A stretch of DNA of 64,000 nt from an uncultured Candidatus Saccharibacteria bacterium (GCA_964483315.1 CAZAAL010000001.1:122850-186849), one strand, 5' to 3'; positions 14,298 to 24,772 are shown, counted from the stretch's first letter. The notes: generated by a model from the letters alone, not told the origin. Translations and numbers: made by a program.

Positions 14298-15656
14298 ATG
14301 ATCAGCAACTTACTTGGCGTCTTGAAATCGGTTGATAACCATAAAAAAATGTTATTTACCTTGGCGATCTTACTACCTCTAGAATATATACCTAGTTTTG
14401 AAGTTTACGGCCTTAGGCTGAGACTAAGTTTTTTTGTGGGTGGGCTAATTATAGTATCGGCAATAATTGTTCGCTTTAGCAGGGCAAAAAAATTCAACTT
14501 TTCACTTTCGGAGTGGCTCATTGTTGCGTGGCTTATCTGGCTAATGATTCGCGCTATAGGTGCTGATGATAAAAAGGCAATGCTAAACGTCGTTCTACCT
14601 TTAATGTTTTATGTGCTGTTGGCATTGTCGATAAAAATTATAATAAAAAAAGATTATATAAAGTCTGTACTAAAGGGGCTATTTATTGGCGCTGGTTTAG
14701 CGATTAGCTTTGGATTTTATCAGTTTTTGGCAAATTGGCTTGGTGTTTCACATTGGCTTACGGGCTTAAGGCCTCAATATTCCTGGGAGAGCTTTGGATT
14801 CCCACGGCTTCAAAGCACTGCGCTGGAGCCGCTATACTTTAGTGCCTATTTGCTTTTGCCGTTTGCAATACTGCTTAGCTTTATGGTTCGTTCAAACGAT
14901 TACAGAAAGCCAATCTACCTAGTTTTACTATTTTCGATATTGGTTGCCGATATATTGACACTTTCTAGGGGCGGATTAGTAGCGCTAGTAGTCGAGCTAA
15001 TGGTTATTGGGATTTTTTATATAAGCAGGATAAATGTAAAAAGCCTTATATATATTATTTGTAGTTTTATCGGTGTGGTTATAATTGTTTTTGGTTTAAT
15101 ATCACTAACTGCTAGGCAGGGGCGTGACAGTGATGTCACTTACGGACAAAAAGGTGTAAATACATTGGTATCACACCTTAAAAACTTTAGTTTTTTTGCC
15201 AACAGCAATAATAAAGCCAATGATGACTCTGTCGGACAACGTGATCGGGCAAGAGTCCAGGCTAAAACCACAATAACTGACAATAAAATGGTATTGTTCT
15301 TTGGCGTCGGGCCCGGTCAATATCAAAATTATAACCAAACAAAATATAAGAATCCTGATTTGGGCGAACCAAATAATTTGGTGTTAGAACAAACTGTTCA
15401 GTTTGGTCTAGTTGGAGTGGTATTGTTTTTCATAGCTGGCCTTTCAATGCTTATCGGCTTATTTAATAAGGTAAAAAATAAAAGCTGGCAAATATCAGCG
15501 CTTTGTATAGGGCTGATTGCATATTTTATTGCTTTATTTTTACAGGCACAGACTTTTACCGGCCTGGCATTAACACACTTATGGTTTGCTGTTGGTTTGG
15601 CGTTGTTTTTGGTACAATACCAATCAGAAAAAGCGAACAAAAATGAAAAAACTTAA
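14298..15656 (+). CDS. O-antigen ligase/polymerase (Wzy-like) family membrane protein
   Basis: 452 aa, about 10-12 TM helices with a large periplasmic loop. Divergent from the glycosyl-transfer operon. Confidence 0.5.
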   Translation: MISNLLGVLKSVDNHKKMLFTLAILLPLEYIPSFEVYGLRLRLSFFVGGLIIVSAIIVRFSRAKKFNFSLSEWLIVAWLIWLMIRAIGADDKKAMLNVVLPLMFYVLLALSIKIIIKKDYIKSVLKGLFIGAGLAISFGFYQFLANWLGVSHWLTGLRPQYSWESFGFPRLQSTALEPLYFSAYLLLPFAILLSFMVRSNDYRKPIYLVLLFSILVADILTLSRGGLVALVVELMVIGIFYISRINVKSLIYIICSFIGVVIIVFGLISLTARQGRDSDVTYGQKGVNTLVSHLKNFSFFANSNNKANDDSVGQRDRARVQAKTTITDNKMVLFFGVGPGQYQNYNQTKYKNPDLGEPNNLVLEQTVQFGLVGVVLFFIAGLSMLIGLFNKVKNKSWQISALCIGLIAYFIALFLQAQTFTGLALTHLWFAVGLALFLVQYQSEKANKNEKT

Positions 15657-16092
15657 AAAAGGCCAGAAGCTAGAACTAATCAGAATAATCGAATATATGG
15701 TTAGTGGTGGTGCATATTTTTGGAGCGGGTATCTGTTTTTTGCCTTGGCTGATCAAGTATTTGGCTGGAGCCTTTGGTGGGCAAAATTATCAGCAAATCT
15801 CGTCGGCTGGACAGTTAACTTTATTCTTCAAAGGTACTGGGTATTTAAAAATCCACATCTTAAAGGTCATCTTGGTGATGTAACCACTAGGTATATTATT
15901 CTTACATTATTTAACTTTGTACTCGATTACTTTATTGTATATGGTTTGGTTAAAGTTGGTATTTCGCCATACATTGGCCAATTTATTTCGGCGGGATTCT
16001 TCACAGTTTGGAACTATGTTTGGTACAAGCTGTGGGTCTTTCCGCACCGTTTTCATCCAAAACATAAAGGTAAAATTAGGGCTAGACGATAA
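15643..16092 (+). CDS. GtrA family membrane protein
   Basis: MVSGGAYFWSGYLFFALADQVFGW...LVGWTVNFILQRYWVF. The ORF track starts at 15586, but ATG 15643 (MKKLKKGQ) is the more likely start. Confidence 0.7.
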   Translation: MKKLKKGQKLELIRIIEYMVSGGAYFWSGYLFFALADQVFGWSLWWAKLSANLVGWTVNFILQRYWVFKNPHLKGHLGDVTTRYIILTLFNFVLDYFIVYGLVKVGISPYIGQFISAGFFTVWNYVWYKLWVFPHRFHPKHKGKIRARR

Positions 16093-16578
16093 ATGGATAC
16101 GCAAACTACCATACGACCAACCAAAAAACAGCGGGAGATCCTTACATTCATCGAGGAGTTTATAGCTGAGCACGGATATAGCCCGAGCTATAGAGAGATT
16201 GTGACCGGCACAGATCATAACTCGGTTGCTACAGTCGCTGTCCATATAAATAACTTAATTAAGCGTGGGCATTTAACTAAACGTGATAACTCTGCAAGAT
16301 CACTTGAGGTAACCAGCACAAGTCAGGATGCTGGCTCAAAAGTTTTTGTAAAACAACTAAATGAGACTCAAACAAAATGGTTGGTCGATAAAGTGGATGC
16401 ATTTTTTAAAGAAGCCGAACTAAGTACGCATTTAAGCAATGAGCAAATTGATAAACTATATGTGTTGCTTGGCGCACTGAAGGTCTTAGGATTAGAAGGA
16501 GCAGCTAGCTCATTTATGCCAAGGTTGAGCCAACTAAAGAATAATATGGAAAAATCTAAAGGGGGGTTATATGCCTAA
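16093..16578 (+). CDS. LexA-type winged-helix DNA-binding domain protein lacking the S24 peptidase domain
   Basis: PTKKQREILTFIEEFIAEHGYSPSYREIVTGTDHNSVATVAVHINNLIKRGHLTKRDNSARSLEV aligns with the LexA N-terminal domain. The C-terminal 90 aa is unrelated to S24. Confidence 0.65.
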   Translation: MDTQTTIRPTKKQREILTFIEEFIAEHGYSPSYREIVTGTDHNSVATVAVHINNLIKRGHLTKRDNSARSLEVTSTSQDAGSKVFVKQLNETQTKWLVDKVDAFFKEAELSTHLSNEQIDKLYVLLGALKVLGLEGAASSFMPRLSQLKNNMEKSKGGLYA

Positions 16579-17584
16579 AGTTACCAAATCACAAAAAGGC
16601 ATTGGGTTTATAGGAATCTTTTTGGCTATTGTGGTTTTTGGGCTGTTTGTTGTCACGGGTTACTATGTCTACAACCAGCAAAATCTAAAAGATGAATCTC
16701 AAGATACTACCAGCCAGCTTAAAAAAGCTGAGTTTGCCTTGCTGGTGGTTGGAGATATCGCCTGTGACCCTAATAATCCAAACTTTAATCAAGGTGATGG
16801 TAAAAATGGGGAATGTCGACATAAGGAAGTTGCCGAACTTATGGCTAAGCAAGATTCAGACTACATATTACTACCGGGCGATATTCAGTATAACGACGGC
16901 AGGCTTGAAGCCTTTGAGCAAAGCTTTATACCAACGTATAAACAATTTGGTCCTAAGTTAATTGTTGCAGCCGGTAACCATGACTGGCAAACGGGGAGTA
17001 TAGAAGGCTATAAAAATGCCTTTGAAAAATATATACCTAATGCCAAGGCTGTAGTGGATGGTAAAACCTATTACTCAACTAGTGTTGGGGATTGGAACAT
17101 CTATGTCTTAGACAGCGACTGTGAGTTGGTGGGTGGCTGTAATGTGGGTTCAAAGCAATATGAGTGGTTTAAAGCCGAGCTCGCAAAAGATGAAGCAAAA
17201 TGTTCAATCGCCATGTGGCATCATCCGATATTCACATCTGGTCTTCACAGAGCCGATGATCAGTCAAAGCTACCAGTTGATTTATACGAACTAGCAGATA
17301 CCGGCGGAGTGGACGTTGTGTTAGTTGGACATGATCACAACTATGAAAGATTCGCTAAACAAGATGTGGGGTCAAACGCCTCTGAACAATCGCCACGTTC
17401 GTTTGTGGTTGGAACAGGGGGAGCCAAATTACGTGAGCTTACACAACCATTTGCTAAAGGACATGAGGCGGGATTTTCTGAGCACGGTTTCTTAAAGCTC
17501 AATTTAACTCAGCAGGCTTATAATTGGCAGTTTGTAAATTTGTCGGGTGAATCATTAGACTCAGGTTCTGATAAATGCTACTAA
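16571..17584 (+). CDS. calcineurin-like metallophosphoesterase (purple-acid-phosphatase-like)
   Basis: Motifs GDIACD, GDIQYNDG, GNHDW, GHDHNYER. N-terminal TM anchor. Confidence 0.8.
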   Translation: MPKVTKSQKGIGFIGIFLAIVVFGLFVVTGYYVYNQQNLKDESQDTTSQLKKAEFALLVVGDIACDPNNPNFNQGDGKNGECRHKEVAELMAKQDSDYILLPGDIQYNDGRLEAFEQSFIPTYKQFGPKLIVAAGNHDWQTGSIEGYKNAFEKYIPNAKAVVDGKTYYSTSVGDWNIYVLDSDCELVGGCNVGSKQYEWFKAELAKDEAKCSIAMWHHPIFTSGLHRADDQSKLPVDLYELADTGGVDVVLVGHDHNYERFAKQDVGSNASEQSPRSFVVGTGGAKLRELTQPFAKGHEAGFSEHGFLKLNLTQQAYNWQFVNLSGESLDSGSDKCY

Positions 17585-18531
17585 ACGTAGCCTTTGCTCG
17601 ATATATGCCTAAAAGCTAAATAGCCTGGCAAAATCGGGATCCAGAACGATATAATCCTAAAAAGTAATACCGCCGAAAGCGCTAGCTCGTTATTTACACC
17701 TGAGTTTGTTAAAACAAATGTCATGGCAACTTCTGTTGCGCCTAAGCCATTAGGTGTGGGGCTAATGGCAATGGCGGCCACACCAGCCGTAAAGGCTACA
17801 ATTATTATAGATAATTCTAAATCTAAACCAACGGCTTTGGTGCACAACCCAAAGGCTAGTATGCCGCAAACTGTTATTCCCATACTTGCAAGCATTCCGA
17901 AAAATAACCTATGAGGCTTACTGAGTAATTTGGCCAAGGATTTCCAGGCGTCCTTTAAGGCTTTTTTTAGCTTGTGATGCCTTGATGGCAAAAGTCTAAT
18001 TATTAAGTAAGTTATACTTACACCCATACCGATTGCTAACGAAAAAAGCACAAATCCAGAAAGTGGCGGGGCCGATTCGGAGTTCGACCAACCAACCAAC
18101 AATAGCAACCAAAAAAGAACGTTGTAGCCAATAAATCCAAGTAAATTATTAGCGGTTGCTATTGTTGCTGAGTTAGTTTTACTTAATTTAGCCGTTCGCC
18201 AAAGGTATAGAGTGTTAATCCCTAAATTCCCAAGGCCAGCGGGGGTAATTTTATTAGCAAAGCCACTCGCAATCTGAACCACTATAGTCCTAATTATTTT
18301 TAATCTGCCTGGAACCAAAAATATGTAGACCCAACTGGCAAAAAGATAGGTAAGCATAAAAATTGCTAGCGCTAATCCAAATAATCGCCAATCAACATTC
18401 TTAAAAGAGTAATTACCGGTAAAAAGTCTAATAAGCTGAGGCGTTAGAATAATTAGCGAAATAAAAACAACAGCTAACTGAACCGGCTTACGGTTTAGGC
18501 TAAAAGTTTTTTTATGTGTTTTGGTTTTCAT
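17581..18531 (-). CDS. lysylphosphatidylglycerol-synthase-TM-region-like (UPF0104) membrane protein
   Basis: 316 aa polytopic membrane protein. Family assignment is tentative. Confidence 0.45.
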   Translation of the reverse strand: MKTKTHKKTFSLNRKPVQLAVVFISLIILTPQLIRLFTGNYSFKNVDWRLFGLALAIFMLTYLFASWVYIFLVPGRLKIIRTIVVQIASGFANKITPAGLGNLGINTLYLWRTAKLSKTNSATIATANNLLGFIGYNVLFWLLLLVGWSNSESAPPLSGFVLFSLAIGMGVSITYLIIRLLPSRHHKLKKALKDAWKSLAKLLSKPHRLFFGMLASMGITVCGILAFGLCTKAVGLDLELSIIIVAFTAGVAAIAISPTPNGLGATEVAMTFVLTNSGVNNELALSAVLLFRIISFWIPILPGYLAFRHISSKGYV

Positions 18532-18618
18532 AATTACTTATTTGTCAGTAAAGTATACTTTAAATAGTATCTAAATTTTTGGTTAAATAATATAGGTAAA
18601 ATAAAAAAGCAAATAATA

Positions 18619-18647
18619 TTGACATATATCACCAAGTATTATAAAAT
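18619..18647 (+). promoter_or_regulatory. sigma70-like promoter (TTGACA-17-TATAAAAT) for gene 18672
   Basis: attgacatatatcaccaagtattataaaat sits directly upstream of an SD (taggtgg) and the ATG at 18672. Confidence 0.5.
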
Positions 18648-18671
18648 ATATATTAATTCTTAGGTGGAACT

Positions 18672-19775
18672 ATGAAGCAAGAACAAATCACCAATTTATT
18701 TTCTAGAATGTTGACGCTTAGGCACTTATTTTTTGCGTTGCTTGTAATATCTGCGCTAGTTATATCTTCGATTATTACTTTTAACATAAGACAACAAGAT
18801 GCTAATTCATCGCCTGTAATTTTAACAAGTGAGACTGATTTATTAACAAAAAGTCTGAGTGTTAACACCGATGAATCATACAGCGATGATTGGCGAGGTA
18901 GGCTGTATGCTCCAACTTACGTCAAAAAACTAAACGATAAGTGGTTTATTGTTGACTGTTGGCACAACCGAGTAATTTGGTCAGACGATTTATTTAAGCC
19001 TATTGCACAATGGAACACTTTAGATGGCGATCTGGCTGGACCGCACAGCATTGAATACGCCGAAGGCTATTATGTGGTCGAAGACACAAATCGGCACGCT
19101 GTAAATTTTTATACATTTAATTCAGAGTCAAACAACTTTTCAAAAATCCAAAGCCTAGAGTTAGGTGCAAGACCACATCGGATCCACTATGTCGGCACAA
19201 ACAACAGCTTTTATGTTTTATCATCCGAATCGCAAGATATGCATCGGATACAAATGAAAAACGGACAAGCAACCATTGTTGACGTGCAAAAACTTGGATT
19301 TTTAGAAGGCCAATACACAAGGTCTTTTACGATTGTTGGTAACGAGATGCTCTTTGTATCAGGCCCTAAAAAAGTAATTAAAACTACGTACCTGGGGGAC
19401 AGCTACAATGTTACAGCCAGTTATAATGTCCCAGAAGATTTTAATGGCATGAATGATATTTATTACACTGGTAAAAAGTATATTTTAACCGCTACTTTAC
19501 CCAATGCAATTACAATAGTTGATAGTCTAGAGCAAATACCAAACGCCAAAAACCAAGCCGAAAACCTAGGCTTTAAGGGTCGACCTTACTATGTGTCTAA
19601 AGTTGGTAACGCTCTAATTATTCCAGAGATTGCTGAATTTGCTTCAATTAAATTATTTAGCGTATCTGCAAATGGTGATATTAACCCCTACACAACAATT
19701 CATAAATTTGGCGAAGCTAACGATGCCTCAAAATCAGAAGCTTTCAGGATCCCGCGCGAATCTTACCAAAATTAA
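18672..19775 (+). CDS. hypothetical membrane-anchored/secreted protein
   Basis: N-terminal TM helix. No recognisable motif. Confidence 0.5.
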   Translation: MKQEQITNLFSRMLTLRHLFFALLVISALVISSIITFNIRQQDANSSPVILTSETDLLTKSLSVNTDESYSDDWRGRLYAPTYVKKLNDKWFIVDCWHNRVIWSDDLFKPIAQWNTLDGDLAGPHSIEYAEGYYVVEDTNRHAVNFYTFNSESNNFSKIQSLELGARPHRIHYVGTNNSFYVLSSESQDMHRIQMKNGQATIVDVQKLGFLEGQYTRSFTIVGNEMLFVSGPKKVIKTTYLGDSYNVTASYNVPEDFNGMNDIYYTGKKYILTATLPNAITIVDSLEQIPNAKNQAENLGFKGRPYYVSKVGNALIIPEIAEFASIKLFSVSANGDINPYTTIHKFGEANDASKSEAFRIPRESYQN

Positions 19776-20631
19776 TTTTTCTATCTTTTACCAGCTTAAA
19801 TATATAAATTGTTAGTGCATAGGCAAAAACTGCATAAAATGCACCAAGTATCTCGTCGATGGCATAATGTTCGCCTTGATATACCGTGCCAAAATAAATC
19901 GAAAATGGGTACACCAATGAGACCAATCCCCATCGCCATCTAAACAAAACAAACACCCAAATACTGAACAAAGTAGCAAAACCAGCATGTAAACTCGGTA
20001 CCGCAGCTACTGGGTTAGGTGATATTTTGCTATAAACTGATGGAAAATCTTCGATTCCAAGCGCAAACCATACATCACTGGATATGCGGGTTATAGGTTC
20101 GATTTTACCTAGATCTGATGCCATCCACGGTGGCGCAGCCGGAAAAGCCAGGTAAGTTAAGAATCCTGCGAAGCAAAGTATCAGAAAACTAGTAATATAT
20201 CGCCAATATAATTTTTCACGGTACTTCCAGATTAATAGTGCCAAAGACACTGGCAGAACAAAGTGAAGCACATAAAAACTATATAAGAAAAAATCATACC
20301 ACTGCACCTGCCCGTTCCACAGAGCCTTTTGCAAATTAGTTGTAGGTAAAGTCCCGCCAAACATCCACCTATCAACATCAACCATCCACATAAACTCAAC
20401 TCGGGTATTTAGTTTATCGGCAAATCCTCTAAACATTTCATATACAAGTAATAAACCAACAAACGGAGCAAGTCTTTTAATTAGCTCTAAACCTTTGCCA
20501 AAAATTAAGAATATAAAAAATAAAAATATGAGCAGTTTATCAGGCGTGGGGAAGCTGGGCGAATTTATAAAGATAATAAGACCAGTAAAAGTTCCCAAGA
20601 CGCCAATGATTCGATAGATTTTTATAGGCAT
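19744..20631 (-). CDS. PAP2-superfamily phosphatase-like membrane protein
   Basis: PSLHAGFATLFS and GEHYAIDEILG resemble PAP2 motifs 2 and 3. Polytopic. Confidence 0.5.
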   Translation of the reverse strand: MPIKIYRIIGVLGTFTGLIIFINSPSFPTPDKLLIFLFFIFLIFGKGLELIKRLAPFVGLLLVYEMFRGFADKLNTRVEFMWMVDVDRWMFGGTLPTTNLQKALWNGQVQWYDFFLYSFYVLHFVLPVSLALLIWKYREKLYWRYITSFLILCFAGFLTYLAFPAAPPWMASDLGKIEPITRISSDVWFALGIEDFPSVYSKISPNPVAAVPSLHAGFATLFSIWVFVLFRWRWGLVSLVYPFSIYFGTVYQGEHYAIDEILGAFYAVFAYALTIYIFKLVKDRKINFGKIRAGS

Positions 20632-20717
20632 TACTTAAGCTTAATCCTAACAAATTAAGTGCTATGCATGCAAAAATGATATGATTATTTAGAGCAAAAA
20701 ACTTAAGAGGTAGTTTA

Positions 20718-21917
20718 ATGTTACAAACCGCGCAAGAACTAATTAGGCGGACAGCTATTAAGTCTGGCCTTACAGATAAGCAAATTGACGAACTTATAAA
20801 GGTAGACAAGATTCACGAGTTTGACATCGAGCTTAAAAACGGCAAAAAATACAAAGCTTACAGAGTCCAGCACAACAATAAACTTGGCCCCTACAAAGGT
20901 GGTATCAGGTTTCACCACGATGTAAATCTTGAAGAGACTCGAGCACTTGCAACACTAATGAGCTTAAAAACTTCGGCGGTTGGTTTACCGCTTGGCGGTG
21001 GCAAAGGTGGAGTGGCAGTTAACCCAAAAGATTTATCAGAAGATGAACTCGAAGAGCTAAGCAGAAAGTATTCAAAAGCCTTAAAAGAGCACATCGGTCC
21101 AGACAAGGACGTTCCAGCACCGGATGTAAACACAGATTCTAAAATAATAGACTGGATGGTTGACGAGTTTGAGCACGAGACGGGTGATAAATCAAAAGCT
21201 TCATTTACTGGCAAATCGATAGCTAATGGTGGTAGCTTAGGCAGAGAATCAGCTACTGGCAGAGGAGGAGTCTACGCCTTTGATAAACTATTACAGCTCG
21301 AGGGTAATACTAATAAAAACCTAACATATGCCGTACAAGGCTTTGGCAACGTCGGTTCATTTTTTAGTTTGATTGAGTTCGAACAGAATCCTAGTTGGAA
21401 AATGTTGTCTGCTACTGATTCTAGTGGAGGTATTTACGATGTTGCAGGGTTAAACCCTGCGGAGATTGATAATTATAAGCGTCTGGGTGGTCGATTAGCG
21501 GATTATAAAAATGGTCAAACAATATCTAATGACGAGTTAATCGGATTGGAGGTTGACGTTTTAATACTGGCAGCGCTTGGTGATGCAGTAAACGAATCTA
21601 ATTATAAAAACATTAAAGCAAAGTATATTATCGAACTTGCTAATGGCCCAGTTAGCGAAAAAGCCCATGACGAACTAACTAAAAATGACGTGATAATTTT
21701 ACCCGACATAATTGCTAATTCCGGGGGTGTAATTGTTAGTTATCTAGAGTGGCTCCAAAATAAAAACGACGAAAAGTGGGACGAGACAAAAGTTAATCAC
21801 AAGCTAAAAGAATATATTGATCAGTCAGTTAAGTCGACTTATGATCTTGTTCAAAAAGAAAATTTAAGCCTAAAAGAGGCATCATTTACACTAGCCATTA
21901 AAAGACTAGTAAAATAG
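20718..21917 (+). CDS. gdh: Glu/Leu/Phe/Val dehydrogenase (glutamate dehydrogenase)
   Basis: KGGIRFHHDVNLEETRALATLMSLKTSAVGLPLGGGKGG (catalytic Lys region), followed by a GFGNVG Rossmann fold. Confidence 0.9.
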   Translation: MLQTAQELIRRTAIKSGLTDKQIDELIKVDKIHEFDIELKNGKKYKAYRVQHNNKLGPYKGGIRFHHDVNLEETRALATLMSLKTSAVGLPLGGGKGGVAVNPKDLSEDELEELSRKYSKALKEHIGPDKDVPAPDVNTDSKIIDWMVDEFEHETGDKSKASFTGKSIANGGSLGRESATGRGGVYAFDKLLQLEGNTNKNLTYAVQGFGNVGSFFSLIEFEQNPSWKMLSATDSSGGIYDVAGLNPAEIDNYKRLGGRLADYKNGQTISNDELIGLEVDVLILAALGDAVNESNYKNIKAKYIIELANGPVSEKAHDELTKNDVIILPDIIANSGGVIVSYLEWLQNKNDEKWDETKVNHKLKEYIDQSVKSTYDLVQKENLSLKEASFTLAIKRLVK

Positions 21918-21970
21918 AAGTATGAATCCCGTTATAAGTAAGTATTTTAAATATAAAATCTGCCAATTCT

Positions 21971-22621
21971 TTGGCAGAGAATTGGACTTGTAACGGTATG
22001 AATATTGCAGTCATTGGCGCCAACGGTCGGAGTGGTCAGATCTTTGTACAAACTGCTTTGGATGCTGGACACAATGTTAGAGCAGGTATTAGATTTAACA
22101 GCCCATTTGGCAACCATCCTAATTTATCGGTAATGACCTGTGACTCAACCGTACAACAAGACGTAGAGCGACTAATTCGCGATCAAGATGCGGTCGTAAG
22201 CCTAATTGGTCATGTTAAAGGTTCAGATCCTGATGTTCAAGCAAAATCGACAAAGGTTATTCTAGAGGCCATGGAGGCCGAGCAAGTAAGTCGGTTGGTT
22301 AGTTTAACTGGCACAGGAGTCAGACAGCCAGGCGATAAAATTACATTAATTGATAAAGTTCTTAATTTTGCTGTTAGCTTGGCGGATAAAAATCGGGTAC
22401 AAGATGGCATAGACCATGCAGAACTTATAAAAAATAGTCAGGTTGACTGGACAATCATTAGGGTTTTAAAATTATCAAACTCAAAAGCAAAGCCTTTTAA
22501 ATTAACGAATAACGGCCCGGCTAAAAACAGTACATCTAGGCAAGAGGTTGCCAGAGCGATCTTAGAAGTTTTAGAACAAGGTTCTTTTGTTGGTAACATG
22601 CCAATAATGTCAAAAGCCTAA
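21971..22621 (+). CDS. NAD(P)H-binding (NmrA/SDR-like) protein
   Basis: IAVIGANGRSGQIF glycine-rich loop. 216 aa. Confidence 0.6.
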   Translation: MAENWTCNGMNIAVIGANGRSGQIFVQTALDAGHNVRAGIRFNSPFGNHPNLSVMTCDSTVQQDVERLIRDQDAVVSLIGHVKGSDPDVQAKSTKVILEAMEAEQVSRLVSLTGTGVRQPGDKITLIDKVLNFAVSLADKNRVQDGIDHAELIKNSQVDWTIIRVLKLSNSKAKPFKLTNNGPAKNSTSRQEVARAILEVLEQGSFVGNMPIMSKA

Positions 22622-22689
22622 AATTAGTACTTATCTCTTTTATCAATTTAGCTTATACTAATAAACATTAGATTTAAGGGAGAGGTAAA

Positions 22690-23229
22690 ATGTTATCATT
22701 TTTTGGTCAATATACTTACGAGTATAACGTAGAGACTACTGACACAGGCGGGTTGCTAGCCGTAGGTGGCACATTGTTTGTAGTTTATTTAGTAATTTTG
22801 GTTCTTGCCATTGTTGCTATGTGGAAGCTTTTTGTAAAAGCTGGCGAACCTGGCTGGAAGGCTTTGATCCCGATTTATAACTATTGGACTTTGTGCGAGA
22901 TTGTTGGGCGCCCGGGCTGGTGGTCACTGCTGTTCTTGCCAGCGATGTTATTATTCTTTATACCTTTGATTAATTTCTTGGCGTGGCTGGTCTTGGTTGC
23001 AGTTAGCGTGGTTGTGATGTTAGATCTTGGCCGAGCGTTTAAAAAGACGACTACCTTTTCGGTTGTTGGTCTGATTCTATTTTCGTTAGTTGGTCTTTTA
23101 ATTCTTGGGTTTGGTAAAGACAAATATCATGGTCCAGATCCAGTTAAGCTTGGTAGTCTTGATCCAAAGTACACCTTAAAAGATGGTGGCGCTAAGACAT
23201 CTTCGAGTAAATCATCCAAAGAATCTTAA
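22690..23229 (+). CDS. hypothetical multi-TM membrane protein
   Basis: SD aagggagagg upstream. Four hydrophobic helices. Confidence 0.5.
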   Translation: MLSFFGQYTYEYNVETTDTGGLLAVGGTLFVVYLVILVLAIVAMWKLFVKAGEPGWKALIPIYNYWTLCEIVGRPGWWSLLFLPAMLLFFIPLINFLAWLVLVAVSVVVMLDLGRAFKKTTTFSVVGLILFSLVGLLILGFGKDKYHGPDPVKLGSLDPKYTLKDGGAKTSSSKSSKES

Positions 23230-24488
23230 TTAGAACTGCACAGTAGCTCTAAATAAGCAGTTGAGCCAAATGGTATCTTTTGGGGTAGTTTAGATTTGGT
23301 ATCGTGGGCATTTGCGAATGTAACTGTAAAATTTCCATAACGACCGTTTACATCATCCATCATCTTGGTTAAATCTTCCTCTTTATTCAACTCCTCAAAG
23401 AGGCTGGCTTGACCCCTTATAGATGGCTCGAGCCCATAGCACGTTACGCCCATCTCTTTAACGACTAGTCCAGGACGCTTTTTAAACAGTAAAAGGGCGC
23501 GCCTAAATATATCTTTGTCTGTATATACGCTGGTTTTAAACTTTTTACGAGCGTACCAAAAATCACCGCTACTAAACCGGGCGTAAACATACATGCCCCT
23601 TGCCGATACGTTTTTGTATCTAAGTTTCATGGCTGTTGAGTAGCTTAAATGAGCGAGTCGCTCGTAGATTTGCTCGTCGCTTGGGTTATATATGTCGAGC
23701 ACAAACTGCCTGCCTATTGATCCAAGCTTAGTTGGGTTGCCGTCTACCTCCCATCCACGAAGGCGTTGGTGCCAATCTAGCCCAACAACACTTTTAAAAA
23801 CACTATGCTTTAAAAGATTGGGGTTGGCGTCTAAAAACATCAAAGGAGTATGGATGCCGTAAGCTTTTAGCCTTGCTTCGTAGTGGTCGGCAATCCCGGG
23901 CAAATCGGTTAATTTTAGACTGCCTAAAACGTCTCTTAAATTGCTATGGGTTGTGACATCTAAACCGTCGGGCTTGTGCAGCCCGGCGGATACTTTAGCT
24001 AAAAATCGGTTAGTGGCTATACCTACGTTGCAAGTCACCCAACAGCCAACTTCGTATTTAAGTCGATCTTTTATTTCGTAGCCAATAGTTGTTAAAGTTT
24101 TTTGGTTTACCCAGCCTAGTGTGCCGTTAAAATCAATCACTCCTTCATCTATACTTTTCATGGTTATCTCGGGTGAGTAGCTTTTTAAAATAGCCAAAAG
24201 TTTTTGGTAAACATAGTGGTATTTTGGCGGGTCGGTTTCTAGCATTATAAGATTAGGCGCTAACTCCTTGGCGTCTTGCCAGGCCATTCCGGTTTTTATG
24301 CCTAAAGCTTTTGCCTCGTACGACGCAGCAATAATAATTGAACTTTTAACCAAGCGATTTGTGACTGCAATTGGTTTACCCCTTAGGTGTGGGCGGGCCT
24401 GTTGTTCAACGGTCGCAAAGCACGAATTCAAATCGATATGCATTATATTGGGCTCGGCTTTATTTAGGCTGTAATTAAGGTCGTTCAT
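23226..24488 (-). CDS. Y-family DNA polymerase (UmuC/DinB-like)
   Basis: N-terminal IMHIDLNSCFATVEQQARPHLRGKPIAVTNR (catalytic DxD region of the IMS family). 420 aa. Start ATG overlaps the stop of the upstream small ORF (ATGA). Confidence 0.85.
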   Translation of the reverse strand: MNDLNYSLNKAEPNIMHIDLNSCFATVEQQARPHLRGKPIAVTNRLVKSSIIIAASYEAKALGIKTGMAWQDAKELAPNLIMLETDPPKYHYVYQKLLAILKSYSPEITMKSIDEGVIDFNGTLGWVNQKTLTTIGYEIKDRLKYEVGCWVTCNVGIATNRFLAKVSAGLHKPDGLDVTTHSNLRDVLGSLKLTDLPGIADHYEARLKAYGIHTPLMFLDANPNLLKHSVFKSVVGLDWHQRLRGWEVDGNPTKLGSIGRQFVLDIYNPSDEQIYERLAHLSYSTAMKLRYKNVSARGMYVYARFSSGDFWYARKKFKTSVYTDKDIFRRALLLFKKRPGLVVKEMGVTCYGLEPSIRGQASLFEELNKEEDLTKMMDDVNGRYGNFTVTFANAHDTKSKLPQKIPFGSTAYLELLCSSN

Positions 24489-24772
24489 AGGCTAGCCTCC
24501 GCAATATGAATCAGAGTCCAGGTTAGTCTGGCCGAATCAAACTCTAACCTAAAATCAGCCGAGCCGTCGGACACATCAAAAATATGAACATTGCGTTGAC
24601 CTTTGGTAGTCGGGTGCCTAAGCCCCAGCTCACCAAAAATATAATCACGATTTTTATAGCGCATTTTTAACGGCAAGCAGTAGCGCGCTTCGGCTCCGTT
24701 GTCTTCAAAAATTGCCAAAACTTTTACACGTTTATTTATTTTTATTGGTTGGTTTTCCATACAATCCTCCAA
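24485..24772 (-). CDS. small protein translationally coupled to the Y-family polymerase (YolD-like accessory protein is a hypothesis)
   Basis: 95 aa. Its TGA stop overlaps the polymerase ATG (ATGA at 24485-24488). No recognisable catalytic motif. Confidence 0.5.
   Translation of the reverse strand: MEDCMENQPIKINKRVKVLAIFEDNGAEARYCLPLKMRYKNRDYIFGELGLRHPTTKGQRNVHIFDVSDGSADFRLEFDSARLTWTLIHIAEASL

Noticed and set aside
15586-15642. Upstream start of the GtrA ORF at 15586
   Set aside because: Would overlap the Wzy-like gene by 70 nt. The internal ATG at 15643 (MKKLKKG...) gives a typical short overlap.
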